Shown here: positions 17,601 through 29,938 of the stretch, one piece after another | Numbering within the stretch: position 1 is the first letter of the stretch | Layout of the letters: each line of letters begins with the position of its first letter | From: Terriglobia bacterium | GTDB lineage: Bacteria; Acidobacteriota; Terriglobia; Acidiferrales; UBA7541 | Length of the DNA stretch: 64,000 nucleotides | Direction of reading: 5' to 3' | NCBI GenBank assembly: GCA_963695545.1 | Contig: OY968796.1 | Span: forward strand, 3,040,001 to 3,104,000 | Notes under the pieces: model-generated | Told to the model about the DNA's origin: nothing | The model's database searches: none | The model's input: only the letters and a program-made list of their open reading frames with translations | Program-made: the position numbers and the translations under genes

Positions 17601-19352
17601 GTGGATCCGGTCGAAACAAAATTGAGGGCGGAAGTCCCCGCTGAAGTCCTCACGATCCTGGCCGAAATCGGCGAAGAGATTAACTCCTCGCTCGATCTGG
17701 ACCAGGTACTCTCGAAGACTGCCGCGCTGGTGCGTAAGTTCGTCGACTACGAAATCTTCAGCGTGCTGCTGGTCGACGAGACCGCGAACCAGCTTGTGCA
17801 CCGCTTCGCGATCGGCTACAGCCTCGAAGACGCGCAGAAGTGGTCGATCCCGCTGGGACAGGGAATCACGGGCGCCGCGGCGATTGCGCGCAAGCCGATT
17901 CGCGTGGGCGATGTGCACAGCGATCCGCGTTACATCAATTGGATCGATTCGGTGCGTTCGGAGCTGGCGGTGCCCCTGGTGTACGAGGGCAATTCGATTG
18001 GCGTGCTCGATATCCAGAGCTCGCAGCCTGACTATTTCACAGTCGAGCAGCAGAACATTCTCACGCTTCTCGCCAGCCGCCTCGCTGTGGCCATCGAGAA
18101 CGCGCGCTTGTTCGAGCGCGTGCGCAGCCAGGCCGATACGCTGCGCGTGCTGAATGAAATCGGCCGCGAAGCGACTTCCATTCTGGACGTCGAAGAGCTG
18201 CTGCGCCGCGCCGCCGAACTCGCCAAGCGCGTGATCGATTATCAAATTCTGGGAATATTGTTGTTCGATGAAAGCACCGGCACGTTCCGGCAGCGCCTGG
18301 TCGTGAAGTACGGCCAGAGCGCGCAAGGCAAGATGCGCGTGGCGGCCACGGAAGGGATCGTCGGCGCCGCGGCGGCAACCGGCCATCCGGTGCGCGTGCC
18401 CGACGTCACGGCCGACGCGCGTTACGTGATGGTGAATCCCGAAACGCGCTCCGAGCTTGCGATTCCGATGATCCAGCAGGGCCGCGTCGTCGGCGTGCTC
18501 GATCTCGAGAGCCCGCAACTGAACTACTTCACCGAAGACCACGTGCAGACGCTCACGATTCTGGCCGCGAATCTTGCCGTGGCGCTCGAGAATGCGCGCC
18601 TCTACCAGGAGCTGGCGCGTAACGAAACGCGCATGGAGCGCGAACTCGTCGCAGCGCGCCGCATGCAAGGCGCGTTGCTGCGCCCCGTGCCCAAGGAAGA
18701 TTTCGGCTTAGACATTGCGCCGCGCATTCTTTCCGCGAATGAAGTTTGCGGCGACTTGTACGATTTCGTGCGCTATGGCTCGCAGCAATTGGGCGTGGTG
18801 CTCGGCGACGTGAGCGGCAAAGGCAGCGCCGCTGCGCTTTATGGCGCCGTCGCCACCGGCATTCTGCGCAGCCTTTCGCCGCAAAAACTTCAGCCGGCTG
18901 AAATGCTGCGCCAAATGAATCAGCTGATCTGCGAGCGCCGCATCGAAGGCCGCTTCATGACCATGGTCTACGCCACCTGGCAGAAGCCGAAACGCAAAAT
19001 TCGCATCGCCAATGCCGGACAATCGCAGCCGCTGCTCTGCCGCGGCGAGCGCTGCGAGCTTGTGCGCCTGGCCGGTTTCCCGCTGGGTCTCTACGAAGAC
19101 GTCACGTACGATGATTGGAGCACCACGCTCGATCCCGGCGACACGCTTTTATTTTATTCCGACGGACTCACCGAGGCGGCCAGCCCCGATGGTCATCTTT
19201 TCGGCTCGAATCGCCTGCGCGAATTGGTCCTGTCGCATCGCACAGCGCCCGCCGGCGAACTTGCCGACATCATCCTCGCCGCGATTCAGGATTTCACCAG
19301 CGGCGCCGCGCTCACCGACGACCGCACGCTCGTCGTCCTCCGGGTTCGGTGA
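17601..19352 (+). CDS. GAF-GAF-SpoIIE (PP2C) serine phosphatase
   Basis: Two GAF repeats (RSELAVPL/RSELAIPM); GDVSGKG, YSDGL, DDRT catalytic motifs. Confidence 0.92.
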   Translation: MDPVETKLRAEVPAEVLTILAEIGEEINSSLDLDQVLSKTAALVRKFVDYEIFSVLLVDETANQLVHRFAIGYSLEDAQKWSIPLGQGITGAAAIARKPIRVGDVHSDPRYINWIDSVRSELAVPLVYEGNSIGVLDIQSSQPDYFTVEQQNILTLLASRLAVAIENARLFERVRSQADTLRVLNEIGREATSILDVEELLRRAAELAKRVIDYQILGILLFDESTGTFRQRLVVKYGQSAQGKMRVAATEGIVGAAAATGHPVRVPDVTADARYVMVNPETRSELAIPMIQQGRVVGVLDLESPQLNYFTEDHVQTLTILAANLAVALENARLYQELARNETRMERELVAARRMQGALLRPVPKEDFGLDIAPRILSANEVCGDLYDFVRYGSQQLGVVLGDVSGKGSAAALYGAVATGILRSLSPQKLQPAEMLRQMNQLICERRIEGRFMTMVYATWQKPKRKIRIANAGQSQPLLCRGERCELVRLAGFPLGLYEDVTYDDWSTTLDPGDTLLFYSDGLTEAASPDGHLFGSNRLRELVLSHRTAPAGELADIILAAIQDFTSGAALTDDRTLVVLRVR

Positions 19353-20677
19353 GCGCCGTGAACCCGCCTGCCCCGCGCCGCACTCGTGCGTCTCGCGCCG
19401 CCGATCCTGTCGTCTATACTCCATTTTTTTCGCGCCGGCGCGGCGCGCTTTACTGCGAGAGCGTCCCGCTCGAGTTCATCGCGTCGCGCGTCGGCACACC
19501 GGCGTACGTCTACAGCCGCGCCGCGATCGAGCGCGCCTATCGCTCGCTCGATAACGCGCTCGACCGCGCGCCGGGCGCCGTGCCGCACTCGATCTGCTAC
19601 GCCGTGAAGGCGAATTCTAATCTCGGCGTGTTGCGCGTGCTCGCGCGCCTCGGCAGCAGCTTTGATGTGGTCTCCGGCGGCGAAATCTTCCGCCTGCGCC
19701 GCATCGGCGTTCCCGGCGATCGCATTGTTTTTTCGGGCGTCGGCAAAACGCGCGAAGAAATTCGCGAAGCGCTTCGCGAGCGCATCCTGCTCTTCAACGT
19801 CGAATCCGCCGGCGAACTCGAACTGCTCGCGTCCGAAGCCTCGCGCCTGAAACTCCGCGCGCCCGCTTCGATTCGCGTGAATCCCGACGTCGCCGCCGGC
19901 GCGCATCCGAAAATTTCCACCGGCCGCCATCAACACAAATTCGGTCTCGATTGGCCCGAAGCTCTGCGCCTCTATCGCGCCTATCGCGATTCGCGCGCCG
20001 TCGCGTGGCGAGGGATCAGCGCGCACATCGGCTCGCAAATTCTGCGCGTCGATCCCTATATCCGGGCGCTGGGACGTATGGCGAGTTGGGCCAAGCGGCT
20101 CCGCGCCGAGGGCATCGCGCTGCGCTACTTCGACGCCGGCGGCGGCCTCGGCATTCGCTACGCCGATGAGCGTCCGTTTTCCGCCGCGCAATATGCTCGC
20201 GCTGTCACTCGCGCCGTTGCGCCGACCGGTTGCCATCTGCTCATCGAGCCCGGGCGCTACATCGTCGGGCCCGCGGGCGTCCTCCTGATGCGCGTGCTCT
20301 ACACGAAGGGCGCGCCCGGAGCGAAACATTTCGTGGTGGTCGACGCCGCCATGAACGATTTCATGCGCCCCGCGCTCTACGGCGCCACGCATCCGATCAC
20401 ACCTGTTGTCGCGCGCAGCGGAAGCCGCGCGCGACGCATCCGCGCCGACGTCGTCGGCCCCGTCTGCGAAACCGGTGATTGTTTTTTGGAAAATTGGCCC
20501 ATCGAAGAATCGCGCCCCGGTGATCTTCTGGTTTTGTGGGGAGCCGGCGCCTACGGCTTCGTCGAATCCTCGAACTACAACGCCCGCCAACGTCCCGCTG
20601 AAGTGCTGGTGGAAGGCTCGCGCTTCCGCGTAGTCCGCAAACGCGAATCCCGCGCCGACCTCATTCGTGGAGAGTAG
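19349..20677 (+). CDS. lysA: Diaminopimelate decarboxylase
   Basis: YAVKANSN, DVVSGGE, HIGSQ, EPGRYI, GPVCETGD, GAYG...SNYN; start inferred from GTGA overlap. Confidence 0.93.
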   Translation: MSAVNPPAPRRTRASRAADPVVYTPFFSRRRGALYCESVPLEFIASRVGTPAYVYSRAAIERAYRSLDNALDRAPGAVPHSICYAVKANSNLGVLRVLARLGSSFDVVSGGEIFRLRRIGVPGDRIVFSGVGKTREEIREALRERILLFNVESAGELELLASEASRLKLRAPASIRVNPDVAAGAHPKISTGRHQHKFGLDWPEALRLYRAYRDSRAVAWRGISAHIGSQILRVDPYIRALGRMASWAKRLRAEGIALRYFDAGGGLGIRYADERPFSAAQYARAVTRAVAPTGCHLLIEPGRYIVGPAGVLLMRVLYTKGAPGAKHFVVVDAAMNDFMRPALYGATHPITPVVARSGSRARRIRADVVGPVCETGDCFLENWPIEESRPGDLLVLWGAGAYGFVESSNYNARQRPAEVLVEGSRFRVVRKRESRADLIRGE

Positions 20678-20707
20678 CCCGCCGGCGTCGCCGCTAAAGG
20701 CCCGCGT

Positions 20708-23527
20708 TTACTCGTACCGCAGCGCCACCATCGGATCGACGCGCGTCGCTCGGCGCGCCGGGATGTAGCACGCCAAGAGGGCGACAAGCAGCAGAATCGC
20801 CGCGACGACCATGAGCGTAGCCGGATCGCCCGGATGAACATCGTACAGAATGCTCCCCAGATAGCGCGTCACGCCAAACGCCGCGGCGATGCCGACAACA
20901 ACGCCCGTGACGGTCAGCACGAGCCCTTCCTTCACGACCATGCTGAGAACATCGCGCTGTCCCGCGCCCAGCGCCATGCGAATGCCGATCTCCCGCGTGC
21001 GGCGAGTCACTTCGTACGAAAGCAATCCGTAAAGCCCCACGCAAGCAAGCATCAGCGCCAGTATTCCGAAAAAGCTCGAAAGACGCGCGATCAGCCGCTC
21101 CTGAAACAGCAATTGGTCGACGCTTTGGGATTCCGTAATGATGCCGAATATCGGCAGGCTACGGTCCGCTTGATTGACGACGCTTTGAACTGCCGGGATG
21201 ATTGACGTTGGATCAACCGCCGTGCGCATCTCAAAAGAAGCACCGCCGCCTGTGGCCGGGACGTACGCTGTGGGACTGATCTCGCGTCTCAGGCTGTCGT
21301 ATTTCGCGTCGCGAACCACGCCGATGACCACATAGCCGGGGCCGTTATCGTTCTGCCCACCGCCGGCAGAATTTCCGAAGCGCTGTCCGAGAGGATCCAC
21401 TCCGCCCAAGTAACGCCGCGCAAATGTTTGATTCACGATCGCGGCCGTGGGCGCGGACGGCGCTGCCGAAGTGGAACCAGCGGCCGGGCTGGGCGGCGCT
21501 GCCAACGCCGCAGCCGAAGCGGCCGCGGCAGCCGACGCCAAAACAAAATCCGCCTGCGAAAAATCTCGGCCGCTGAGAAGTGAGAACTTCATTGTCGCGA
21601 AGAAATTCGGGCCCACAGGGAGGATATCCGAACTCACGCTAGACTTTTCAGGTGCGCTCGCAATATGAAAGCTAGTGGCCATCAATCCGCCGCTCAAGAG
21701 AGTCCCACTGGAATAGCTAACGGACGTCACTCCGGGAATCGAGCCCAAACGGCCTTGGAGATTGCGATAAAGTGCGTCCACCTGCGTGCCTTTGTATCCG
21801 ACGAGCGTGGGGTCGATGCTGAAGTTCAGCACGTTGCTGATATCGAAGCCTGGGTCAATGTCTCGCAGGTTCTGAAGCGTGCGCACCAGCAGCCCGGCGC
21901 CGACCAGTACGATCATCGCCAAGGCAATCTGTCCCACGACCAGAGAATTGCCGATATTGAACCGGCGGTTTCTGGCGCGGCGCGCGCCGCCCAAGCTGTT
22001 GCCGCCATCTTTCAACGCGGGCGTCAAATCCACGCGAGTGCCTCGCATCGCCGGCGCGAGCCCGAAAACAATTCCCGTGGCAAGCGCGATCCCCGCCGTG
22101 AATAGCAGCACGCGCGTGTCAACGGACGCGTTGAATCCGAGCGGCCGGGTCGAGCCGCCGGCGAGCAACGCAAGAATGATGCGCGCACCCCAAATCGCGA
22201 CCAGAGTTCCGAGCGCGCCTCCGAATACCGACAGCAATACGCTTTCGGTCAGGAGCTGCCGCACGATTCTCCCTCGACCCGCTCCTAGCGCCAGTCTCAC
22301 AGCCATTTCCTTTTGCCGCGTTGCCGATCTGGCAACCAGCAGCCCGGCAACGTTCGCGCATGCGATCAGCAGTACGATTCCGACTGCGAACATTAGCGTG
22401 AAGAGCGCTACTGAATATTGGGCCCTCGCGCCGCCGTTGAGGCCGGTTTGTGCCGGAACAAGCGACACCGCGGGCGCGTCGGCTTCTTCGGACAAAGGCT
22501 GCGCGCCGCGAATCATCTCGTTGTGAAACAGCAAGCTGACAGCGGCTTGGGCTTCTCCGCGTGGAACTCCAGGTTTCAGCCGGCCAATAATCAGAAGGTA
22601 GATGGACGCTGCGCCTTCCGCCTTTGCATTCCAGCGAGTGCTGAGCCGCGGCCGTAACGAAAGCGGCAGCCACGCGTCCGGGTCGCTCCCCGGTGTCAGA
22701 GCCGCGAATCTGCGTTCCGCCACTCCCACAATCGTCGTCGGAACGCCGTTCAACCCAACAGTCTTTCCCACAACCGCAAACGAGCCGCCAAACACTCGCT
22801 GCCAGTACCCATAGCCGAGCACCGCGACGGGCGTAGCCGCCGGATCCTCGTCCGAAGGCTCAATCATCCGCCCGATTGCCGGGCGCACTCCGAGCGTATC
22901 GAAGTAATTCCCGGAGACGATTAGTGCGCGCATTATGCTTGCCGGCCCGATTCCGCTCAAATCGAGCTGCAGGTTGCCGCCGGACGCCGCGACGTTCAAG
23001 AATATTCCGGACTGCGCGCGTACCTCATCGAAGAACGGATGAGAGAACGAGCAAACCGCCGGATTTCCGACGTAATCATCCCTCATCGCGATCAGGCAAT
23101 CGCCCGACGAACCGCTGCTGTAAAATTTTGGCGATTTATGCGCGCTCCATTTCAGCAGCACCAACTCCTGCGGATCGCGCACCGGCAGCGACCGCAGAAA
23201 CAAAGCGTCAATCAAACTGAATATCGCAGTATTCGCGCCGATCCCCAGCGCCAGCGTCAGCACCGCAACCGCCGTGAATCCCGGGTTCCGCCGCATCATG
23301 CGCAGCCCGTAGCGCACGTCCTGCCAAAGCCGCTCGAGCCATGTCCAGCCCCACACATCGCGCGTAGTTTCCTTCACCAGCGAGACGTTGCCAAATTCCC
23401 GCCGCGCCGCCGCTCGCGCCTCGTCCGCCGTCGCGCCGCGCTCCTCGCGCTCCAGCGCCGACATCTCAATATGCGCGCGAATCTCCTCGTCTAGTTCTTC
23501 GTCGCGCTTTGCCCACGGCCACTTCAT
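20708..23527 (-). CDS. ADOP family duplicated ABC permease (MacB/FtsX-like), paralogue 1
   Basis: TLALGIGANTAIFS, LLIACANVA, REIGIRMALGA, RVDPMVALRYE. Confidence 0.92.
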   Translation of the reverse strand: MKWPWAKRDEELDEEIRAHIEMSALEREERGATADEARAAARREFGNVSLVKETTRDVWGWTWLERLWQDVRYGLRMMRRNPGFTAVAVLTLALGIGANTAIFSLIDALFLRSLPVRDPQELVLLKWSAHKSPKFYSSGSSGDCLIAMRDDYVGNPAVCSFSHPFFDEVRAQSGIFLNVAASGGNLQLDLSGIGPASIMRALIVSGNYFDTLGVRPAIGRMIEPSDEDPAATPVAVLGYGYWQRVFGGSFAVVGKTVGLNGVPTTIVGVAERRFAALTPGSDPDAWLPLSLRPRLSTRWNAKAEGAASIYLLIIGRLKPGVPRGEAQAAVSLLFHNEMIRGAQPLSEEADAPAVSLVPAQTGLNGGARAQYSVALFTLMFAVGIVLLIACANVAGLLVARSATRQKEMAVRLALGAGRGRIVRQLLTESVLLSVFGGALGTLVAIWGARIILALLAGGSTRPLGFNASVDTRVLLFTAGIALATGIVFGLAPAMRGTRVDLTPALKDGGNSLGGARRARNRRFNIGNSLVVGQIALAMIVLVGAGLLVRTLQNLRDIDPGFDISNVLNFSIDPTLVGYKGTQVDALYRNLQGRLGSIPGVTSVSYSSGTLLSGGLMATSFHIASAPEKSSVSSDILPVGPNFFATMKFSLLSGRDFSQADFVLASAAAAASAAALAAPPSPAAGSTSAAPSAPTAAIVNQTFARRYLGGVDPLGQRFGNSAGGGQNDNGPGYVVIGVVRDAKYDSLRREISPTAYVPATGGGASFEMRTAVDPTSIIPAVQSVVNQADRSLPIFGIITESQSVDQLLFQERLIARLSSFFGILALMLACVGLYGLLSYEVTRRTREIGIRMALGAGQRDVLSMVVKEGLVLTVTGVVVGIAAAFGVTRYLGSILYDVHPGDPATLMVVAAILLLVALLACYIPARRATRVDPMVALRYE

Positions 23528-23540
23528 GTCTCGATCCCCT

Positions 23541-26225
23541 CTACTCGTATCGCAGCGCCACCATCGGATCCACGCGCGTCGCACGCCGCGCCGGAATCCA
23601 GCAAGCCGCGAGCGCCACGCTGGTCAGCAGAATCGCGACGGCAACGAGCGTGATCGGATCCGCCGCGCTCACTCCAAACAGCATCGATTTCATGGTTCGC
23701 GTGAGCGCGAGCGCGCCCGCGAGCCCGGCGATCACGCCCACCAGCGTGATGAACAGTCCTTGCGCGAGCACCATCTTCAGCACCGCGGATCGCTGCGCGC
23801 CCAGCGCCATGCGCACTCCAATTTCGCGCGTGCGCCGGGTCACGGAATACGCCATCACTCCGTAGATCCCGGCCATCGCCAGCAGCAGTGCCGTCACCGC
23901 GAACACGCCCGCGAGCGTCAGGCTGAATCGCCGCGATCCGATGGCATCGGAAAAGATCGAAGAGAACGCGCGGAACTGCGGCGCCATTGTGGGATCGAGG
24001 TCCCGCACGATCCCGCGCGCGGCCGCCATTACCGCGTCCGGATTCGCCGTCGTGCGAATCACTACCGTGAAATTGGAAGTCGATTCCGGCCGCTGCCGGT
24101 AGTTGACGTAGATCGTGGGAGTCGGCGGCACCTCGAGCGAGCGCTCGCGTACGTCTCCAACCACGCCGACGACAGTGAGCGGCCGCAAGTCACCGTCCAT
24201 GTTGCCGAACTCGATCAAATGCCCGATTGCGTCCTGGTGCGGCCACTCCATGCGCGCGAGCGATTCGCTCACCACCGCGACATGCGGCGCATCCATCACG
24301 TCGCGATCGTCGAACAGCCGGCCGCGCTCGAGCGGAATCCCCAGCGCGCCGAAGTAACCTTCGCTCGCCGCGCAATAGTCCGCGCTGCCCGAAATCGTCG
24401 CGGCCTTCGTGTACTCCGCCATTTGCGCCATGAATTTCGCATAGGCCTGCGGCGTGTCCCCCAACACTCCCGCGAAGGCCGGAAGGTGTTGCGGATCCAA
24501 CACCATAAACATGCCCTCCGAGAGCTCCCGGTCAAGAGGAACGCTTTCCGCCCCGCCCACTTCCTCCACGCCGGGCATCGCGCGTAACCGCCCGAACAAC
24601 GCATTCAGCAGGGCCACTTGCTGCGGCCTGCCCGCGATCGTTTCCGCGGATGGCGCGCTCAAGTCCATGGTCACGATCTGCTCGGTACGAAAGCCGGGAT
24701 CGATGGACAGCACGTGCAGCAGGCTCCGCCCCAGCAGTCCCGCGCCGACCAGCAGCACAAGCGTGATCGCGATCTCCGCGCCCACAATCGTGTGGCCCAG
24801 CTTCTGGCTTCGCGTTCCGCCCGCTTGCGTTCGCCCGCCTTCGCCAAGCGCGCTTTTCGGATCGCCAGCCGTGGCTCGAATCGCGGTGAACATTCCGAGG
24901 CTTACCGTGGCAACGATCGTTAGTCCGAATGCGAACAGTAGCACCGGCAAATTGATGGAAACCGAATCCAGGCGCGGCAGATTCTTCGGCGCCAGCGCCA
25001 GCAGGGCATCGACGCCCCAGTACGCGATCATCACGCCCAGGGTTCCGCCCACCACGGAAATCAATAGCGTTTCCGTAAGAAATTGGCGCACCAGCCGCCC
25101 GCGGCCCGCGCCCAGCGCCGCGCGAATCGCCAGTTCGTGTTCGCGCTCGGCCGTCCGCAGCAGGAATAAATTCGCGACGTTCGCGCACGCCACCAGCAGC
25201 AAAAATCCAGCCGCGCCCATCAGCATCAGCAGCGCCGGGCGCACTCCGCCCGCAAGCGAATCCTGCAGCGAAGCCACGGCAACGCCGCGCATGTTGTACT
25301 CGCCCGTGCCGTACTGCGCGACGATTCGGCTCGCGATTGCGCCAAGGTCCGCGCTTGCCTGCGCCAGCGTCGCGTCGTCTCGCAATCGCCCAACCACTTT
25401 AGGGCCATGCGACGTTCTGGACGTTGACGGTGCATCCAGTTCCCGCGGTAGCCATATCTCGGTGTCGTCTGGAAATCGGAATCCCGGCGGCAACACTCCA
25501 ACGACCGTGAACGTCCGGTTCACCGCATTCAATTGGATCGAAGAAGGATCCGCCACGCCGCCGAGGTGCTCGCGCCAGTAGCCGTAACTCACCAGCGCCA
25601 CAGGCGCCGCGCCCGGCCGCTCGTCCTCGGCGCGAAATTCCCGGCCGACCACGGGTTCGACTCCCATCGCGCGGAAAAAGTCGCGGGAAACCGCGGTGAT
25701 CACGCTTCGCGTCGGATCGGTCCCGCCCGTCACGGACGTGATGTCGGTTCCATATTCCGCCAGCGCTGCGAACGTGTGATTGCTCGATTGCACGTCCGCG
25801 AAGTCCGGGTCGCTGAAGCCCATCCTGCCGCCTCTCTGGTTGATCTCAGAGACGGCCATGATCCGGTCGGGACGAAAGTAGGGAAGCGGCCGCAGCAAAA
25901 CGCCGTAGACCACGCTGAACAGCGCTGTCGTCGCGCCGATGCCCAGCGCCAGCGTAATCACCGCAACGATCGTGAACCCCGGACCGCGCCGCATCATGCG
26001 CAGCCCGTAACGCACGTCCTGCCAAATCCGTTCAAGCCACGCCCAGCCCCACACATCGCGCGTCGTCTCTTTCACGAGGCCGACATTCCCAAATTCCCGC
26101 TGCGCCGCCGCCCGCGCCTCATCCGCCGTCGCGCCGCGCTCCTCACGCTCTCGCGCCGACAACTCGATATGCGCGCGAATCTCCTCGTCCAATTCTTCAT
26201 CGCGCCTTCGCCACGGCCACTTCAT
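23541..26225 (-). CDS. ADOP family duplicated ABC permease, paralogue 2
   Basis: Same ADOP signature motifs. Confidence 0.92.
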   Translation of the reverse strand: MKWPWRRRDEELDEEIRAHIELSAREREERGATADEARAAAQREFGNVGLVKETTRDVWGWAWLERIWQDVRYGLRMMRRGPGFTIVAVITLALGIGATTALFSVVYGVLLRPLPYFRPDRIMAVSEINQRGGRMGFSDPDFADVQSSNHTFAALAEYGTDITSVTGGTDPTRSVITAVSRDFFRAMGVEPVVGREFRAEDERPGAAPVALVSYGYWREHLGGVADPSSIQLNAVNRTFTVVGVLPPGFRFPDDTEIWLPRELDAPSTSRTSHGPKVVGRLRDDATLAQASADLGAIASRIVAQYGTGEYNMRGVAVASLQDSLAGGVRPALLMLMGAAGFLLLVACANVANLFLLRTAEREHELAIRAALGAGRGRLVRQFLTETLLISVVGGTLGVMIAYWGVDALLALAPKNLPRLDSVSINLPVLLFAFGLTIVATVSLGMFTAIRATAGDPKSALGEGGRTQAGGTRSQKLGHTIVGAEIAITLVLLVGAGLLGRSLLHVLSIDPGFRTEQIVTMDLSAPSAETIAGRPQQVALLNALFGRLRAMPGVEEVGGAESVPLDRELSEGMFMVLDPQHLPAFAGVLGDTPQAYAKFMAQMAEYTKAATISGSADYCAASEGYFGALGIPLERGRLFDDRDVMDAPHVAVVSESLARMEWPHQDAIGHLIEFGNMDGDLRPLTVVGVVGDVRERSLEVPPTPTIYVNYRQRPESTSNFTVVIRTTANPDAVMAAARGIVRDLDPTMAPQFRAFSSIFSDAIGSRRFSLTLAGVFAVTALLLAMAGIYGVMAYSVTRRTREIGVRMALGAQRSAVLKMVLAQGLFITLVGVIAGLAGALALTRTMKSMLFGVSAADPITLVAVAILLTSVALAACWIPARRATRVDPMVALRYE

Positions 26226-26247
26226 GTCTGTAACTCCTCGCTGTTCG

Positions 26248-29042
<2,795 letters not shown>

Positions 29043-29046
<4 letters not shown>

Positions 29047-29399
29047 TCGTATTCCTTCTTGGCCGTGTTCAGAATCCCCGCGATCGCGCCGGTAAGCTGT
29101 TTCCAGCGCGAACGCTCATCAGCCAGTTGCTTTCTGCCGCTCGCCGTCAGCCGATAGACGCGTACGCGCTGATTATTCTCCGAAGTCTGCCAGTCCGCCG
29201 CGATCCACTTCTTCCGCTCCAACCGATGCAGCGCCGGATACAGCGATCCGGTATCCACCTGCAAAATGTCGCCCGACTGCGATTGAATCGCGCGCCCGAT
29301 TCCGTACCCGTGCTGCGGACCCCATCGCAACGTTTGCAGCACAAGAAGATCGAGCGTCCCCTGCAACAACTCAATCCGATTCTGATAGCGCTCTTTCAC
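29043..29399 (-). CDS. PadR family transcriptional regulator (acidobacterial type)
   Basis: LLQGTLDLLVL...HGYGI...GSLYPALHRLE...YRLTASGRKQL; GTG start with GGAG RBS. Confidence 0.93.
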
Positions 29400-29413
29400 G
29401 TGATCTCCATTCG

Positions 29414-29452
29414 CCCCAGGATGTAGGGACCCTACACCCCGTGGATGTAGAG
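29414..29452. promoter_or_regulatory. Candidate PadR operator region
   Basis: Perfect TGTAGGG-A-CCCTACA palindrome (29422-29436) and two GGATGTAG direct repeats just upstream of padR. Confidence 0.45.
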
Positions 29453-29493
29453 TGTCAACCCCTATGCGGGGAAACCGGGAGGGTTTTTCAGTT

Positions 29494-29538
29494 GTAGGGG
29501 CGGAGCTTGCCTGCCGGCAGGCAGGCTTGCCTCCGCCC
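29494..29538 (+). repeat. GTAG-type REP-like hairpin with internal 20-nt insertion
   Basis: GTAG-GGGCGGAG...CTCCGCCC enclosing CTGCCGGCAGGCAG flanked by duplicated GCTTGCCT. Confidence 0.6.
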
Positions 29539-29586
29539 GCTTTTCCGAGCGCCGGCGCCGCGCCATCAGTTCCCGTCCTCGCTCGG

Positions 29587-29820
29587 TACTTGACGCTACT
29601 ATGCATTTCTGATACACTTCTTCGTGTTCACCGCCACCAATTCGAATTATTTCCCCGTTTCGCACTCTCAAGTACATTTGTCTTCAATCGGTTACAAAAG
29701 AGTGCGCATCTCATTGCACGCACGCACTTTCAACTCCCTGTGTTTTCACACTCATGCGCACTCTTTTGCTGCATGTCCCTTATTTTCACTACTTACGCAA
29801 AACATGCCGGGTGTATATAG
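29587..29820 (+). repeat. Dispersed promoter-headed non-coding element, copy 2
   Basis: Same ordered blocks as 6310-6635 (minus strand). Confidence 0.8.
29590..29618 (+). promoter_or_regulatory. Sigma70-type promoter TTGACG-17-TACACT with extended -10 TGn
   Basis: TTGACG ctactatgcatttctga TACACT. Confidence 0.7.
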
Positions 29821-29938
29821 GGGATATATTTCCAGAATTTATCTTCTTGGTTTTCTTGCAGATACGGCGGGGCGCATAACCGCATTCTACACGAGGGAAC
29901 GCATACGCAGTCCGCGGCGCGCGGCAATCGACTGGGCT

